From the NCBI GenBank assembly GCA_002269645.1, contig NIVC01002338.1, positions 62,001 to 126,000 on the forward strand: a DNA stretch of 64,000 bases. Reading direction: 5' to 3'. The notes beneath the pieces were generated by a model that saw only the letters and a list, made by a program, of their open reading frames with translations, was not told the origin of the DNA and did not search any database. Origin of the DNA: Macrostomum lignano (taxonomy: Eukaryota). Shown piece after piece: positions 12,701 to 26,935 of this stretch (position 1 is its first letter; each line of letters starts with the position of its first letter). Made by a program: the position numbers and the translations under genes.

Positions 12701-13607
12701 AACAACTGCCAAAAAACGACATGCACTGGACAGCAGCTGCAGAAACGCACGAATTCCTGTCAATATCCAGCGACAGCCGTTTCAAAGCCGCCGCAATTTC
12801 GACGCCTTCCAGCAGATTTGTCGCCTGCGACTCAGCTGCTGCTGCGGCAGCTGTTGCGCACTCGACTTCAACCAAGGAGTTCAAAGAGCTTCGCCGGATC
12901 AAGCGACACAGTGTGACGCCGCCGGGGTCCCAGCCGGCGCCATGCTTATCCGGTTTGCCGGATTTCTTTTTCATATTATAGAAATACGACATACTCTGAT
13001 AGCTTTACAAACGGCTAACAGCCTTTGATTGCTACTTGAAAACGAGCAAGAAATTTCTGCTTTTAAAAGAAATTACGAAGCAAAGCTATAGTCAGCACTA
13101 ACTGCTCGACTACAGGAGATAAAAGAGTCAGGGAGGCGGGGCAGAGAAGAGAGACATAGAAAGCAGCAAATAGACTCGCTCCAGCCGTACACTGAGCAAG
13201 CCACGCTGCACAAGTGAGCAAGAAATTTCGAGTTCGCGAAAATAATCTCATATACTCGTACCAGCGAGAATGTACGCCAAGTCATTACCAAACACACAAA
13301 CTCGCAATTTCAGGCCTTTTTGGTGCTTTGAAAACTCGAAAAAAGCATTACGAGACTTTAGGCTATAAATTAAAACGGCTGGGCTGCAGAGGACTATTCG
13401 ACTCAAAATTGTTTTTAAATGACCCTGGCTTTTCAATTAAACAAACAGGGTCATCCAATAGAAACTTTTGACAGCTGGGTCAGCAGGTGGGGCTAAATTA
13501 GCAAACACGTTAGATTTTAAAGTGTAAGGCTGCCACGTAATGATTAGATAACACAGCCTATTTTAGTCAATATAGTGGGCTAGTCCGACTCAGAATTAAA
13601 ACCTCGC

Positions 13608-14068
13608 AGATCCTCAGTTGCCTGGCCTCCCAGATCCTCAGTTGCTTGACCCCCCCAGATCCTCAGTTGCTTGATTTCCCAGATCCTCAGTTGCTTGACC
13701 TCCCATGCTGGGCCAGCCTCAAATATTTAGCTACCGGGCCAGCCTCCCAGATCCTCAGTTGCTGGGCCAGCCTCTTAAATCTTTAGTTGTTGTGCCAGAC
13801 TCCCAGATTCTCAGTTGCTGGGTCAGCCTCTTAAATATTTAGTTGTTGTGCCAGCCTCCCAGATCCTCAGTTGCTGGGCCAGGCTCCCAGATCCCAAGTT
13901 GCTGGGCCAGCCTCCCAGATCCTCAGTTGCTGGGCCAGCCTCTTAAATCTTTAGTTGTTGTGCCAGCCTCCCAGATCCTCAGTTGCTTGGCCTCCCAGAT
14001 CCCCAGTTGCTGGGCCAGCCTCCCAGACCCCCAGTTGCTTGGCCAGCCTCCCAGACCCCCAGTTGCCA
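13608..14068. repeat. 28-bp minisatellite (CCAGCCTCCCAGATCCTCAGTTGCTGGG) with variants
   Basis: 28-bp period, for example AGATC at 13861 and 13889. Confidence 0.85.
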
Positions 14069-14509
14069 AGAGCACTATCGAGAATGTTAGACATACACTA
14101 CAAATCAACAATTAGTCTAGTGGGCTTTGTTATATGAGTAATAAAAGCACTAATGTGGACTATACGTGTTAGCAAACCAGAATTTCAATGTACAAGATAA
14201 GCGCCACTGCAGCTCAGGTCTGTTATCATGCTTGTTTCTATATACGCTAAGTAAAACAGAATCAACCTACGCGTAGGGTAGATCAGCGTCTGGCGAATCG
14301 TCAATAAATATTGGCTCAAGATTGGGCAAATTATTCTTGCCAAAATCTCTAATATGAGCCTGACGCTCGTCGTATCTGGGATGTGCGCGCAGAATTACTT
14401 TATAAACTTCAATTTGCAATACAAATTACAACAATGACGCTACTACACTACTTTAAGTAAAAACATTAACATTTAACAGTAAAAAATACTAAAAAATAAG
14501 TAAACTCAC

Positions 14510-14611
14510 TCTCTGACTCGCTGAGGAATTGGCATCTGATCGAGGAACAGATTGTGAGACTTCAGCTCGGACAAATAGTTGACGTAAGCCAACTTGCGGC
14601 CGAATTTGACG
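14510..14611 (-). CDS. ARHGAP1: ARHGAP1/8-like exon (end of SEC14/BCH domain)
   Basis: Acceptor CCTCAG, phase 2; VKFGRKLAYVNYLSELKSHNLFLDQMPIPQRVR; donor GTGAGT at 14509. Confidence 0.9.
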
Positions 14612-14689
14612 CTGAGGATGTTTATATAGAGTTTAGATTATAAGCGTATTAAAAGCGTTAGAACTCTGGGCTCTCTAAGCCGGGGGAAT

Positions 14690-14840
14690 GAGATTCTACA
14701 AGACTCAGTTCTGAGATTCTACAAGACTCAGGACTGAGATTCTACAAGACTCAGGACTGAGACTCTACAATACTCAGTTCTGAGACTCTACAAGACTCAG
14801 TTCTGAGACTCTACAAGATACACACAAAGATACAAGACTC
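14690..14840. repeat. 23-bp minisatellite (GAGATTCTACAAGACTCAGTTCT)
   Basis: About 6 units, intronic. Confidence 0.8.
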
Positions 14841-14850
14841 AAAAACTCAC

Positions 14851-15215
14851 CTTAACAAAGGCCTGAACAGGTAGTACAAAGCCTTAATTAGCTTAGTAGG
14901 ATGAACAATAAGAAAAGCTTTGAGATTCTTTTTATATTTGCGATCAAACTCTGAGTAGGCCTGCTTTAGCCAGGCAAAGCTGGGCTTGTTCTTGCTATTC
15001 AATCCGTGATGAAAGTACACCAAAACGTAGTCATTTTCAACGTACTGATTCAGCGTGTTAATAATGTACTTTAACAGCCGCTGGTGATCAAGCGTGTTGG
15101 AGGGCGGCAGCCTGCAGGCGCTGAAGATGATCACCTTGCGGCCGAGACGGTCGTCGCCAACTACTTGAATTACACCCAGTTTGCTGATGTCTTTGAACTC
15201 GGTGTCCACCAGGTC
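14851..15215 (-). CDS. ARHGAP1: ARHGAP1/8-like exon (SEC14/BCH, CRAL-TRIO_2 domain)
   Basis: Acceptor TTCCCAG, phase 0; [24 protein letters not shown]...[50 protein letters not shown]; donor GTGAGT at 14850. Confidence 0.93.
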
Positions 15216-15259
15216 CTGGGAATAGTTGGTGCAGTGGCTGACTGAGATTCTCTCTAATC

Positions 15260-15690
15260 AAGAGATCCAGGATATTCCGCCCCATGAGATTCTCCATTAG
15301 ACAGGATATTCCGCCCCATGAGATTCTCCATTACACAAGATATTCCACCGTATGAGATTCTCCATTAGACAGGATATTCCGCCCCATGAGATTCTCCATT
15401 AGACAGGATATTCCACCCTGAGATTCTCCATTGGACAGGATATTCCTCCCATGAGATTCTCGATTGGACAGGATATTCCGCCCCATGAGATTCTCCATTA
15501 CACAAGATATTCCACCGTAAGAGATTCTCCATTGGACAGGATATTCCGCCACCATGAGATTCTCCATTAGACAGGATATTCCGCCCCATGAGATTCTCCA
15601 CTAGACAGGATATTCCGCCCCCATGAGATTCTCCATTAGACAGGATATTCCGCCCCCATGAGATTCTCTATTAGACAGGATATTTCATCC
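15260..15690. repeat. 34-bp minisatellite (GACAGGATATTCCGCCCCATGAGATTCTCCATTA)
   Basis: About 12 units filling most of a 525-bp intron. Confidence 0.9.
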
Positions 15691-15740
15691 GCAACCCTTG
15701 AAATTCTCCATCAGACGCAAAATCTGGTCATCTGACTGAC

Positions 15741-15865
15741 CTGAGTGTTAACCTCAGTCGCAGGCGAGCCCAGTGTATCCTCGAAATCTTCGTCTATGAA
15801 ACCCTCCGGAGTGATGCGACCGCCTGCGGCGGCTGCGGCGGCGAAATTCTCGTCAGATTGATCGT
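15741..15865 (-). CDS. ARHGAP1: ARHGAP1/8-like N-terminal acidic exon
   Basis: Acceptor TTTCTCAG, phase 1; DQSDENFAAAAAAGGRITPEGFIDEDFEDTLGSPATEVNTQ; donor GTCAGT, phase 0, compatible with the next exon. Confidence 0.78.
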
Positions 15866-15959
15866 CTGAGAAATCGGGAATAGAGATGGGAAATAGACTG
15901 GATAACTTATCTATGTGTAATTGACAGAAAGCATCTCAACTTCTTGTAATGTGAGACAA

Positions 15960-16235
15960 GATTGAGATTAGATGAGGGAGATAATGAGTGAGAGATGAGG
16001 AAGGCAACAACTGAGAGTAGATGAGAAAGGAAAGACATGAGAGTAGATGAGGAAGGCGACAAGTGAGAATAGATGAAGAAGACAAGGCATAAGATTAGAT
16101 GAGGGAGACACTGAGTGAGAGTAGATGAGAAAGGCAAGGCATGAGATTAGATGGCAGGGAGGCAGGGAGTGAGAGTAGATGAGAAAGGCAAGGCATGAGA
16201 TTAGATGGCAGGGAGGCAGGGAGTGAGAGTAGATG
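15960..16235. repeat. Purine-rich degenerate tandem repeat (about 52-bp unit)
   Basis: GAGTAGATGAG...GAGATTAGATG repeated. Confidence 0.7.
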
Positions 16236-17094
16236 TGGGCAGAATAGTTCAGTTTAATAAAATAGAATGATACAAAAACGCTTGCAAATTTAGAAAGAAG
16301 TGATCTATACCTAACTTACTGAGATAACCAGATACGAGGCAAAAAATCGATTTAAATAAAAAATCAGTCATTTGCATTATAGAAAAATTCCTATACGATC
16401 TTAAGAAAACAATTAAAGCATGAAAACAAGAAAAAAATAATCTGAAAATCAAAAGATGTCTACTTTAGAATCAAGTTCCGTTCACGTTATTGCAACAGAT
16501 TTGAGAGGACATTTAGATTTTTTATTAAATACTCCAGGTGCTTCTAGATCGTACTTACAGTAGCACTAAGAGTTATTAGAGTGCGACTTTTTAGTGTGAA
16601 AGTTAGCAAATCAAGAAATTTTTTTGAATTACTTGCAATTTAAAAAAGAAAATTAATATATGTTTTATGCTTTGATAATCATTCTTGATTGGTAATTGTG
16701 TGAACGTGCCTTTTAAAGAACAACTTTTAATTAGTATAATATTTAAATATAAATTTTTTATTTTATACCAATATTTTGACATTCCTCATCAGCTTCGGTT
16801 TCGCCCTATTCAATTGAACCTGAAAACAATTAAAATTATAATAATAAACTATTTTAATAAGCTTGTGAGCACCCTGGGGCATCGCCTTTGACGAAATCGT
16901 TCCACACACCATTGCTGCGGCAATTTCTGTCCATTCTGCTGACTCCTGAACGCATACAAGCTCGCCAATACTGTACACAGTCACGCAATCAAACACACGC
17001 TCACACAGGGTGTACATCGGCCCCTGACTTTCTAATCGTCAAGCATGTACACTCTGTGAGAATTGGGAGCTGGCCTTCATGGCTGTGAATTTAT

Positions 17095-20000
17095 ATCTCC
17101 AGCATTTCATGTATCCGACACTTCATATCTTCGACACTCCATATCTTCGACACTTCATATCTCCGACACTTCATATCTCCGACACCTCATATCTCTGACA
17201 CTCCATATCTCCGACACTTCATATCTCCGACACTCCATATCTCCGACACTTCATATCTCTGACACTCCATATCTCCGACACTTCATATCTCCGACACTCC
17301 ATATCTTTGACACTCCATTGTCTTCATATCTCCGACACCCCATATCTCCGACACTTCATATCTCCGACACTCCATATCTTTGACACTTCATATCTCCAAC
17401 ACTTCATATCTCCGACACCCCATATCTCCGACACTTCATATCTCTGACACTCCATATCTCCGACACTTCATATCTCCGACACTCCATATCTCCGACACTT
17501 CATATCTCTGACACTCCATATCTCCGACACTTCATTTCTCTGACACTCCATATCTTTGACACTCCATTGTCTTCATATCTCCGACACCCCATATCTCCGA
17601 CACTTCATATCTCCGACACTCCATATCTTTGACACTTCATATCTCCAACACTTCATATCTCCAACACTTCATATCTCCGACACCCCATATCTCCGACACT
17701 TCATATCTCGGACACTTCATATCTCCGACACTTTATATCTCCGACACTCCATATCTTTGACACTCCATATCTCCGACACTTCATATCTCCGACACTCCAT
17801 ATCTTTGACACTTCATATCTCCGACACTTCATATCTCCGACACCCCATATCTCCGACAATTCATATCTCAAACACTCCATATCTCCGACACTTCATTTCT
17901 CCGACACCCCATATCTCCGACACTTCATATCTCCGACACCCCATATCTCCGACACTTCATATCTTTGACACTTCATATCTCCGACACTTCATATCTGCGA
18001 CACTCCATATCTTTGACACTTCATATCTCCAACACTTCATATCTCCGACACTCCATATCTCCGACACTTCATATCTCCGACACTTCATATCTCCGACACT
18101 TCATATCTCCGACACCCCATATCTCCGACACTCCATATCTTTGACACTTCATATCTCCGACACTCCATATCTCCGACACTCCGTGTCTCCGACACTTCAT
18201 ATCTCCGACACTTCATATCTTTGACACTTCATATCTCCGACACTTCATATCTTTGACACTTCATATCTCCAACACTTCATATCTCCGAAACTCCATATCT
18301 TTGACACTTCATATCTCCAACACTTCATATCTCCGACACTCCATATCTCCGACACTTCATATCTTTGACACTTCATATCTCCAACACTTCATATCTTTGA
18401 CACTTTATATCTCCGACACTTCATATCTCAGACAATCCATATCTTTGACACTTCATATCTCCAACACTTCATATCTCCGACACCCCATATCTTTAAAACT
18501 CCATATCTTTGACACTTCATATCTCCAACACTTCATATCTCCGACACTCCATATCTTTGACACTTCATATCTCCGACACTCCATATCTCCGACACTCCAT
18601 ATCTTTGACACTCCGTGTCTCCGACACTTCATATCTCCGACACTTAATATCTCCGACACTCCATATCTTTGACACTTCATTTCTCCGACACTTCATATCT
18701 CCGACACTCCATATATCCGACACTCCATATCTTTGACACTTCATATCTTTGACACTCCATATCTCCGACACTTCATATCTTTGACACTCCATATCTTTGA
18801 CACTTCATATCTCCGACACTCCATATCTTTGTCACTTCATATCTCCGACACTCCATATCTCAAACACGTCATATCTCCGACACTTCATATCTCCGACACC
18901 CCATATCTCCGACACTTCATATCTCCGACACTTCATATCTCCGACACTCTATATCTTTGACACTTCATATCTCCAACACTTCATATCTCCGACACCCCAT
19001 ATCTCCGACACTTCATATCTCTGACACTGCATATCTCCGACACTTCATATCTCCGACACTCCATATCTCCGACACTTCATATCTCTGACACTCCATATCT
19101 CCGACACTTCATATCTCTGACACTCCATATCTTTGACACTCCATTGTCTTCATATCTCCGACACCCCATATCTCCGACACTTCATATCTCCGACACTCCA
19201 TATCTTTGACACTTCATATCTCCAACACTTCATATCTCCAACACTTCATATCTCCGACACCCCATATCTCCGACACTTCATATCTCGGACACTTCATATC
19301 TCCGACACCCCTTATCTTTAAAACTCCATATCTTTGACACTTCATATCTCCAACACTTCATATCTCCGACACTCCATATCTTTGACACTTCATATCTCCG
19401 ACACTCCATATCTCCGACACTCCATATCTTTGACACTCCGTGTCTCCGACACTTCATATCTCCGACACTTAATATCTCCGACACTCCATATCTTTGACAC
19501 TTCATATCTCCGACACTTCATATCTCCGACACTTCATATCTTTGACACTCCATATCTCCGACACTTCATATCTTTGACACTCCATATCTTTGACACTTCA
19601 TATCTCCGACACTCCATATCTTTGACACTTCATATCTCCGACACTCCATATCTCAAACACGTCATATCTCCGACACTTCATATCTCCGACACCCCATATC
19701 TCCGACACTTCATATCTTCGACACTTCATATCTCCGACACTCCATATCTTTGACACTTCATATCTTTGACACTCCATATCTCCGACACTTCATATCTTTG
19801 ACACTCCATATCTTTGACACTTCATATCTCCGACACTCCATATCTTTGACACTTTATATCTCCGACACTTCATATCTCAGACACTCCATATCTTTGACAC
19901 TCCATATCTTTGACACTTCATATCTCCGACACTCCATATCTTTGACACTTTATATCTCCGACACTTCATATCTCAGACACTCCATATCTTTGACACTTCA

Positions 20001-23000
20001 TATCTCCAACACTTCATATCTCCGACACTTCATATCTCCGACACTCCATATCTCCGACACTCCATATCTTTGACACTTCATATCTTTGACACTCCATATC
20101 TCCGACACTTCATATCTTTGACACTCCATATCTTTGCCACTTCATATCTCCAACACTTCATATCTCCGACACTCCATATCTCCGACACTTCATATCTCCG
20201 ACACTTCATATCTTTGACACTTCATATCTCCGACACTCCATATCTTTGACACTTCATATCTCCGACACTCCATATCTCCGACACTCCATATCTTTGACAC
20301 TCCGTGTCTCCGACACTTCATATCTCCGACACTTCATATCTCCGACACTCCATATCTTTGACACTTCATATCTCCGACACTTCATATCTCCGACACTTCA
20401 TATCTCCGACACTTCATATCTCCGACACTTCATATCTCCGACACCCCATATCTCCGACACTTCATATCTCCGACACCCCATATCTCCGACACTTCATATC
20501 TCCGACACTTCATATCTCCGACACCCCATATCTCCGACACTCCGTATCTCTGACACTCCATATCTCCGACACTCCATATCTCTGACATTCCATATCTCTG
20601 ACACTCCATATCTCCGACACTCCATATCTCCGACACTTCATATCTCCGACACTTCATATCTCCGACACTCCATATCTTTGACACTTCATATCTCCAACAC
20701 TTCATATCTCCGACACTCCATATCTCCGACACTTCATATCTCCAACACTTCATATCTCCGACACTCCATATCTCCGACACTTCATATCTCCGACACTTCA
20801 TATCTCCGACACCCTATATCTCCGACACCCTATATCTCCGACACTCCATATCTTTGACACTTCATATCTCCGACACTTCATATCTTTGACACTTCATATC
20901 TCCGACACTCCATATCTTTGACACTTCATATCTCCAACACTTCATATCTCCGAAACTCCATATCTTTGACACTTCATATCTCCAACACTTCATATCTCCG
21001 ACACTCCATATCTCCGACACTTCATATCTCCGACACTTCATATCTCCGACACCCCATATCTTTGACACTCCATATCTTTGACACTTCATATCTCCAACAC
21101 TTCATATCTCCGACACTCCATATCTTTGACACTTCATATCTCCGACACTCCATATCTCCGACACTCCATATCTTTGACACTCCGTGTCTCCGACACTCCA
21201 TATCTTTGACACTTCATATCTCCAACACTTCATATCTCCGAAACTCCATATCTTTGACACTTCATATCTCCAACACTTCATATCTCCGACACTCCATATC
21301 TCCGACACTTCATATCTCCGACACTTTATATCTCCGACACCCCATATCTTTGACACTCCATATCTCCGACACTTAATATCTCCGACACTCCATATCTTTG
21401 ACACTTCATATCTCCGACACTTCATATCTCCGACACTCCATATCTCCGACACTCCATATCTTTGACACTTCATATCTTTGACACTCCATATCTCCGACAC
21501 TTCATATCTTTGACACTCCATATCTTTGACACTTCAAATCTCCGACACTCCATATCTTTGACACTTCATATCTCCGACACTCCATATCTCAAACACGTCA
21601 TATCTCCGACACTTCATATCTCCGACACCCCATATCTCCGACACTTCATATCTCCGACACTTCATATCTCCGACACTCCATATCTTTGACACTCCATATC
21701 TCCGACACTTCATATCTCCGACACTCCATATCTTTGACACTTTATATCTCCGACACTTCATATCTCAGACACTCCATATCTTTGACACTTCATATCTCCG
21801 ACACCCCATATCTCCGACACTTCATATCTCCGACACTCCATATCTCCGACACTCCATATCGTTGACACTTCATATCTTTGACACTCCATATCTCCGACAC
21901 TTCATATCTTTGACACTCCATATCTTTGACACTTCATATCTCCAACACTTCATATCTCCGACACTCCATATCTCCGACACTTCATATCTCCGACACTTCA
22001 TATCTCCGACACTTCATATCTTTGACACTTCATATCTCCGACACTCCATATCTTTGACACTTCATATCTCCGACACTCCATATCTCCGACACTCCATATC
22101 TTTGACACTCCGTGTCTCCGACACTTCATATCTTTGACACTTCATATCTCCGACACTCCATATCTTTGACACTTCATATCTCCGACACTTCATATCTTTG
22201 ACACTTCATATTTCCGACACTTCATATCTTTGACACTTCATATCTCCGACACTTCATATCTCCGACACCCCATATCTCCGACACTTCATATCTCCGACAC
22301 TCCATATCTCCGACACTTCATACCTCCGACACCCCATATCTCCGACACATCATATCTCCGACACCCCATATCTCCGACACTTCATATCTCCGACACCCCA
22401 TATCTCCGACACTTCATATCTCCGACACCCCATATCTCCGACACTCCATATCTCCGACACTTCATATCTCCGACACCCCATATCTCCGACACTTCGTATC
22501 TCCGACACTCCATATCTCCGACACTTCATATCTCCGACACCCCATATCTCCGACACTTCATATCTCCGACACTTCATATCTCCGACACTTCATATCTCCG
22601 ACACCCCATATCTCCGACACTCCGTATCTCTGACACTCCATATCTCCGACACTCCATATCTCTGACATTCCATATCTCTGACACTCCATATCTCCGACAC
22701 TCCATATCTCCGACACTTCATATCTCCGACACTTCATATCTCCGACACTCCATATCTTTGACACTTCATATCTCCAACACTTCATATCTCCGACACTCCA
22801 TATCTCCGACACTTCATATCTCCGACACTTCATATCTCCGACACCCTATATCTCCGACACCCTATATCTCCGACACTCCATATCTTTGACACTTCATATC
22901 TCCGACACTCCATATCTCCGACACTCCGTGTCTCCGACACTCCGTGTCTCCGACACTTCATATCTCCGACACTTCATATCTTTGACACTTCATATCTCCG

Positions 23001-24845
23001 ACACTCCATATCTTTGACACTTCATATCTCCAACACTTCATATCTCCGAAACTCCATATCTTTGACACTTCATATCTCCAACACTTCATATCTCCGACAC
23101 TCCATATCTCCGACACTTCATATCTCCGACACTTCATATCTCCGACACCCCATATCTTTGACACTCCATATCTTTGACACTTCATATCTCCAACACTTCA
23201 TATCTCCGACACTCCATATCTTTGACACTTCATATCTCCGACACTCCATATCTCCGACACTCCATATCTTTGACACTCCGTGTCTCCGACACTTCATATC
23301 TCCGACACCCCATATCTCCGACACTTCATATCTCCGACACTTCATATCTCCGACACCCCATATCTCCGACACTCCGTATCTCTGACACTCCATATCTCCG
23401 ACACTCCATATCTCTGACATTCCATATCTCCGACACTCCATTTCTCTGACACTTCATATCTCCGCCACTCTATACGACACTTCATATCTCCGACACTTCA
23501 TATCTCCGAAACTCCATATCTTTGACACTTCATATCTCCAACACTTCATATCTCCGACACTCCATATCTCCGACACTTCATATCTCCGACACCCCATATC
23601 TTTGACACTCCATATCTTTGACACTTCATATCTCCAACACTTCATATCTCCGACACTCCATATCTTTGACACTTCATATCTCCGACACTCCATATCTCCG
23701 ACACTCCATATCTCCGACACTCCGTGTCTCCGACACTCCGTGTCTCCGACACTTCATATCTTTGACACTTCATATCTCCGACACTTCATATCTCCGACAC
23801 CCCATATCTCCGACACTTCATATCTCCGACACTCCATATCTCCGACACTTCATACCTCCGACACCCCATATCTCCGACACTTCATATCTCCGACACCCCA
23901 TATCTCCGACACTTCATATCTCCGACACTTCATATCTCCGACACCCCATATCTCCGACACTCCGTATCTCTGACACTCCATATCTCCGACACCCCATATC
24001 TCTGACATTCCATATCTTCGACACTCCATTTCTCTGACACTTCATATCTCCGCCACTCTATACGACACTTCATATCTTCGACACATCATATCTCCGACAC
24101 TCCATATCTCCGACACTCCATTTCTCTGACACTTCATATCTCCGACACTCCATATCTCCGACACTTCATATCTCCGACACTCCATATCTCCGACACTTCA
24201 TATCTCCGACACCCCATATCTCCGACACTTCATATCTCCGACACTTCATATCTCCGACACCCCATATCTCCGACACTCCGTATCTCTGACACTCCATATC
24301 TCCGACACTCCATATCTCTGACATTCCATATCTCCGACACTCCATTTCTCTGACACTTCATATCTCCGCCACTCTATACGACACTTCATATCTCCGACAC
24401 ATCGTATCTCCGACACTCCATATCTCCGACACTCCATTTCTCTGACACTTCATATCTCCGACACTTCATATCTCCGACACTTCATATCTCCGACACCCCA
24501 TATCTCCGACACTTCATATCTCCGACACCCCATATCTCCGACACTTCATATCTCCGACACTTCATATCTCCGACACCCCATATCTCCGACACTCCGTATC
24601 TCTGACACTCCATATCTCCGACACTCCATATCTCTGACATTCCATATCTCCGACACTCCATTTCTCTGACACTTCATATCTCCGACACTCCATATCTCCG
24701 ACACTCCATTTCTCTGACACTTCATATCTCCGACACTTCATATCTTTGACACTTCATATCTCCGACACTCCATATCTTTGACACTACATATCTCCGACAT
24801 CCCATATCTTCGACACTTCATATCTCCATACTTCATATCTCCGAC
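17095..24845. repeat. 16-bp satellite (CATATCTCCGACACTT/C), about 7.75 kb, roughly 480 units, intronic
   Basis: Uninterrupted 16-bp period; larger blocks are duplicated. Accounts for all the SPTLHISDTSYLRH ORFs. Confidence 0.97.
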
Positions 24846-26115
24846 AAGCTCAATCTCAACCATAACAGAGATCTGAAGTTTCTGATATGAAAGTTCGTAG
24901 ATATGAAACCCCACAAAGGGGCCCTAAAGCGGCCCTAACTTTATCATAGGCGCGAATTGAACAATGAACGAACCCAATATTTCTACCGCAAACAACAAAA
25001 AAAGTAATTTGAACCGGCACTAGTGAGCTAGGATGCATGTACTGTAATAGCATCGGCAGTGGCAGCTTGTGAATCATAAAATAGTCACGCGGTGAGTTTG
25101 CATAAGTAATAAATAATAAGTGGAACAGATAAGTAAACAGCAATACTATATACGGTCAAATAGCTTCGGATGTAAGCTATAAAAAACAGACGCATGCGAC
25201 GCAGCGGGTGCAGTTAATTGAACAAATTGTTTTTTGCTCCAAAAAATAAACCATAGACCATTATAGTATAGTAGACATTAATTAAGCCAGCTTGTCAAGT
25301 GTGAATGTGGTGCATAACTATAATTTTAACCTTACGATTGTGTGGGTCCGTTGCTGGACTTACCGTCATAGTACTCGAAAATATCGTAAGCTATATTTAA
25401 CGGGGTTGTTGCGGAAAATTACACACATTTTCCATACTGAATATGGCAACTACTACAGGAACAGGAATTATAAATATATAGAACAGAAAATCAACAAAAA
25501 AGACGCACGCAATATAATAGCATAGTCAGCCACTCATTTCAAGACAGTTATTTTGCATGCAATTAGTATATTTAACTATTGATGAAATTAAAATAATTCT
25601 ATTGAACTATACTTGCCAACACATAGGCTTACCAGTAGTACCGGTTTTGCTAAATGCCTTAGCTGCTGAAAGCGCGTATGTTCTCAAATTACTGATAGTA
25701 GTCTATACGAATATGAAGGAAGATTTTGAGTAAAATGACGAAAAACTTTGTTTCTTAGAAAATATATTTCTAAAAACTGGCTTTACGCAAAAATGTACAA
25801 CTACGAAATACAAAAGAAAATACAAAGTTGTATAGCAATAATCATTGGCGCTGTTTCACTGGCTGTTCAGCTACAAATCTAACTACTCTTCGCCCAGGCC
25901 CTAGTTGAGGGACAGCCTGGCAGACGAAGTTTCCCTAACGTTTGTTACTCGGCAAGGGCTTCGAGTAAGTTCAGTAGGAAATTTAAATTTACCCAAGAAG
26001 TCCAATCCTTCCTTACCGAAGCCTACAAACTAAAACACACACCAAAACCACTCGTGATCAGTGCCCCAAACAGTTGAGCTTTTCTCGTTACCGCTTCTGA
26101 GTTTTAACTCTCGAT

Positions 26116-26400
26116 CCTTACTGCTCTCTCATTGGCTGAGCTAGATTGGGCCTGTCCCATATGGTGAGTTTCGTCCGTCTGACTTTGACCTCTCTCCTTA
26201 CTGCTCTCTCATTGGCTGAGCTAGATTGGGCCTGTCCCATATGGTGAGTTTCGTCCGTCTGACTTTGACCTCTCTCCTTACTGCTCTCTCATTGGCTGAG
26301 CCAGATCAGGCCTGCCACCTATGATGAGTTTCGTCCGTCTGACTTAGGCTTTTCTCCCTACTGCTCTCTCATTGGCTGAGCTAGATTGGGCTTGCTCCTA
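26116..26400. repeat. 80-bp tandem repeat (about 3.6 units), each with a CCAAT box
   Basis: CCTTA at 26116, 26196, 26276 and 26356; each unit contains CTCTCATTGGCTGAG. Confidence 0.85.
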
Positions 26401-26788
26401 GACTGAGTTTTATCCATCTATCTAATAAGTGTTTACTTGTGTACATCGAGTTAGATTTTTACTGTCCATTCTTAACCCCATTATTCTCCTGAGGCCGCAA
26501 ACCTCAAGGAAGGAAAGGAAATTTTAGCTTCCATGTAAAACTTTAAGCGACACTGCGCAGACAAGCTACTGAAAAAAGAATAGACGTTTCAGTTTTTTAC
26601 AACTAAAGTGTGAAATAATTGCTTATTTAAATGTTTTGTGCCAAGGATAGAAGTTTTTTACTTTTGTCGAAGCAATAAAAGTTAATTTTTTTCTAAGAAA
26701 CGAAAGTTTCCGGTTAGCTACTTAGAAGTTGTCCTTCGAAAGCATGAGCTATTATAACAAGGTAAAATCGTTATTTTGACAAACTTAC

Positions 26789-26935
26789 CTTCATTCTCGG
26801 TCAGTTCCAGACCTGACTCATCAAACTCCAGCTCAGGCTCGGCAAAATCATGGTCAACATCGATGATTGCGCTGCCGCTGGCTTCTAATTGCTGAGACTG
26901 CTGCTGCTCATGCTCCGCTGTTGCTGTCTCGGACT
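26789..26935 (-). CDS. ARHGAP1: Probable upstream exon of the ARHGAP1/8-like gene
   Basis: SETATAEHEQQQSQQLEASGSAIIDVDHDFAEPELEFDESGLELTENE; strong phase-1 donor GTAAGT at 26788 matches the phase-1 acceptor at 15865. The acceptor CTCTCAG is weak and there is no in-frame ATG. Confidence 0.6.

Noticed and set aside
17063-24437. Dozens of ORFs in the 16-bp satellite
   Set aside because: The unit is not a multiple of 3; the ORFs are translation artefacts of the repeat.
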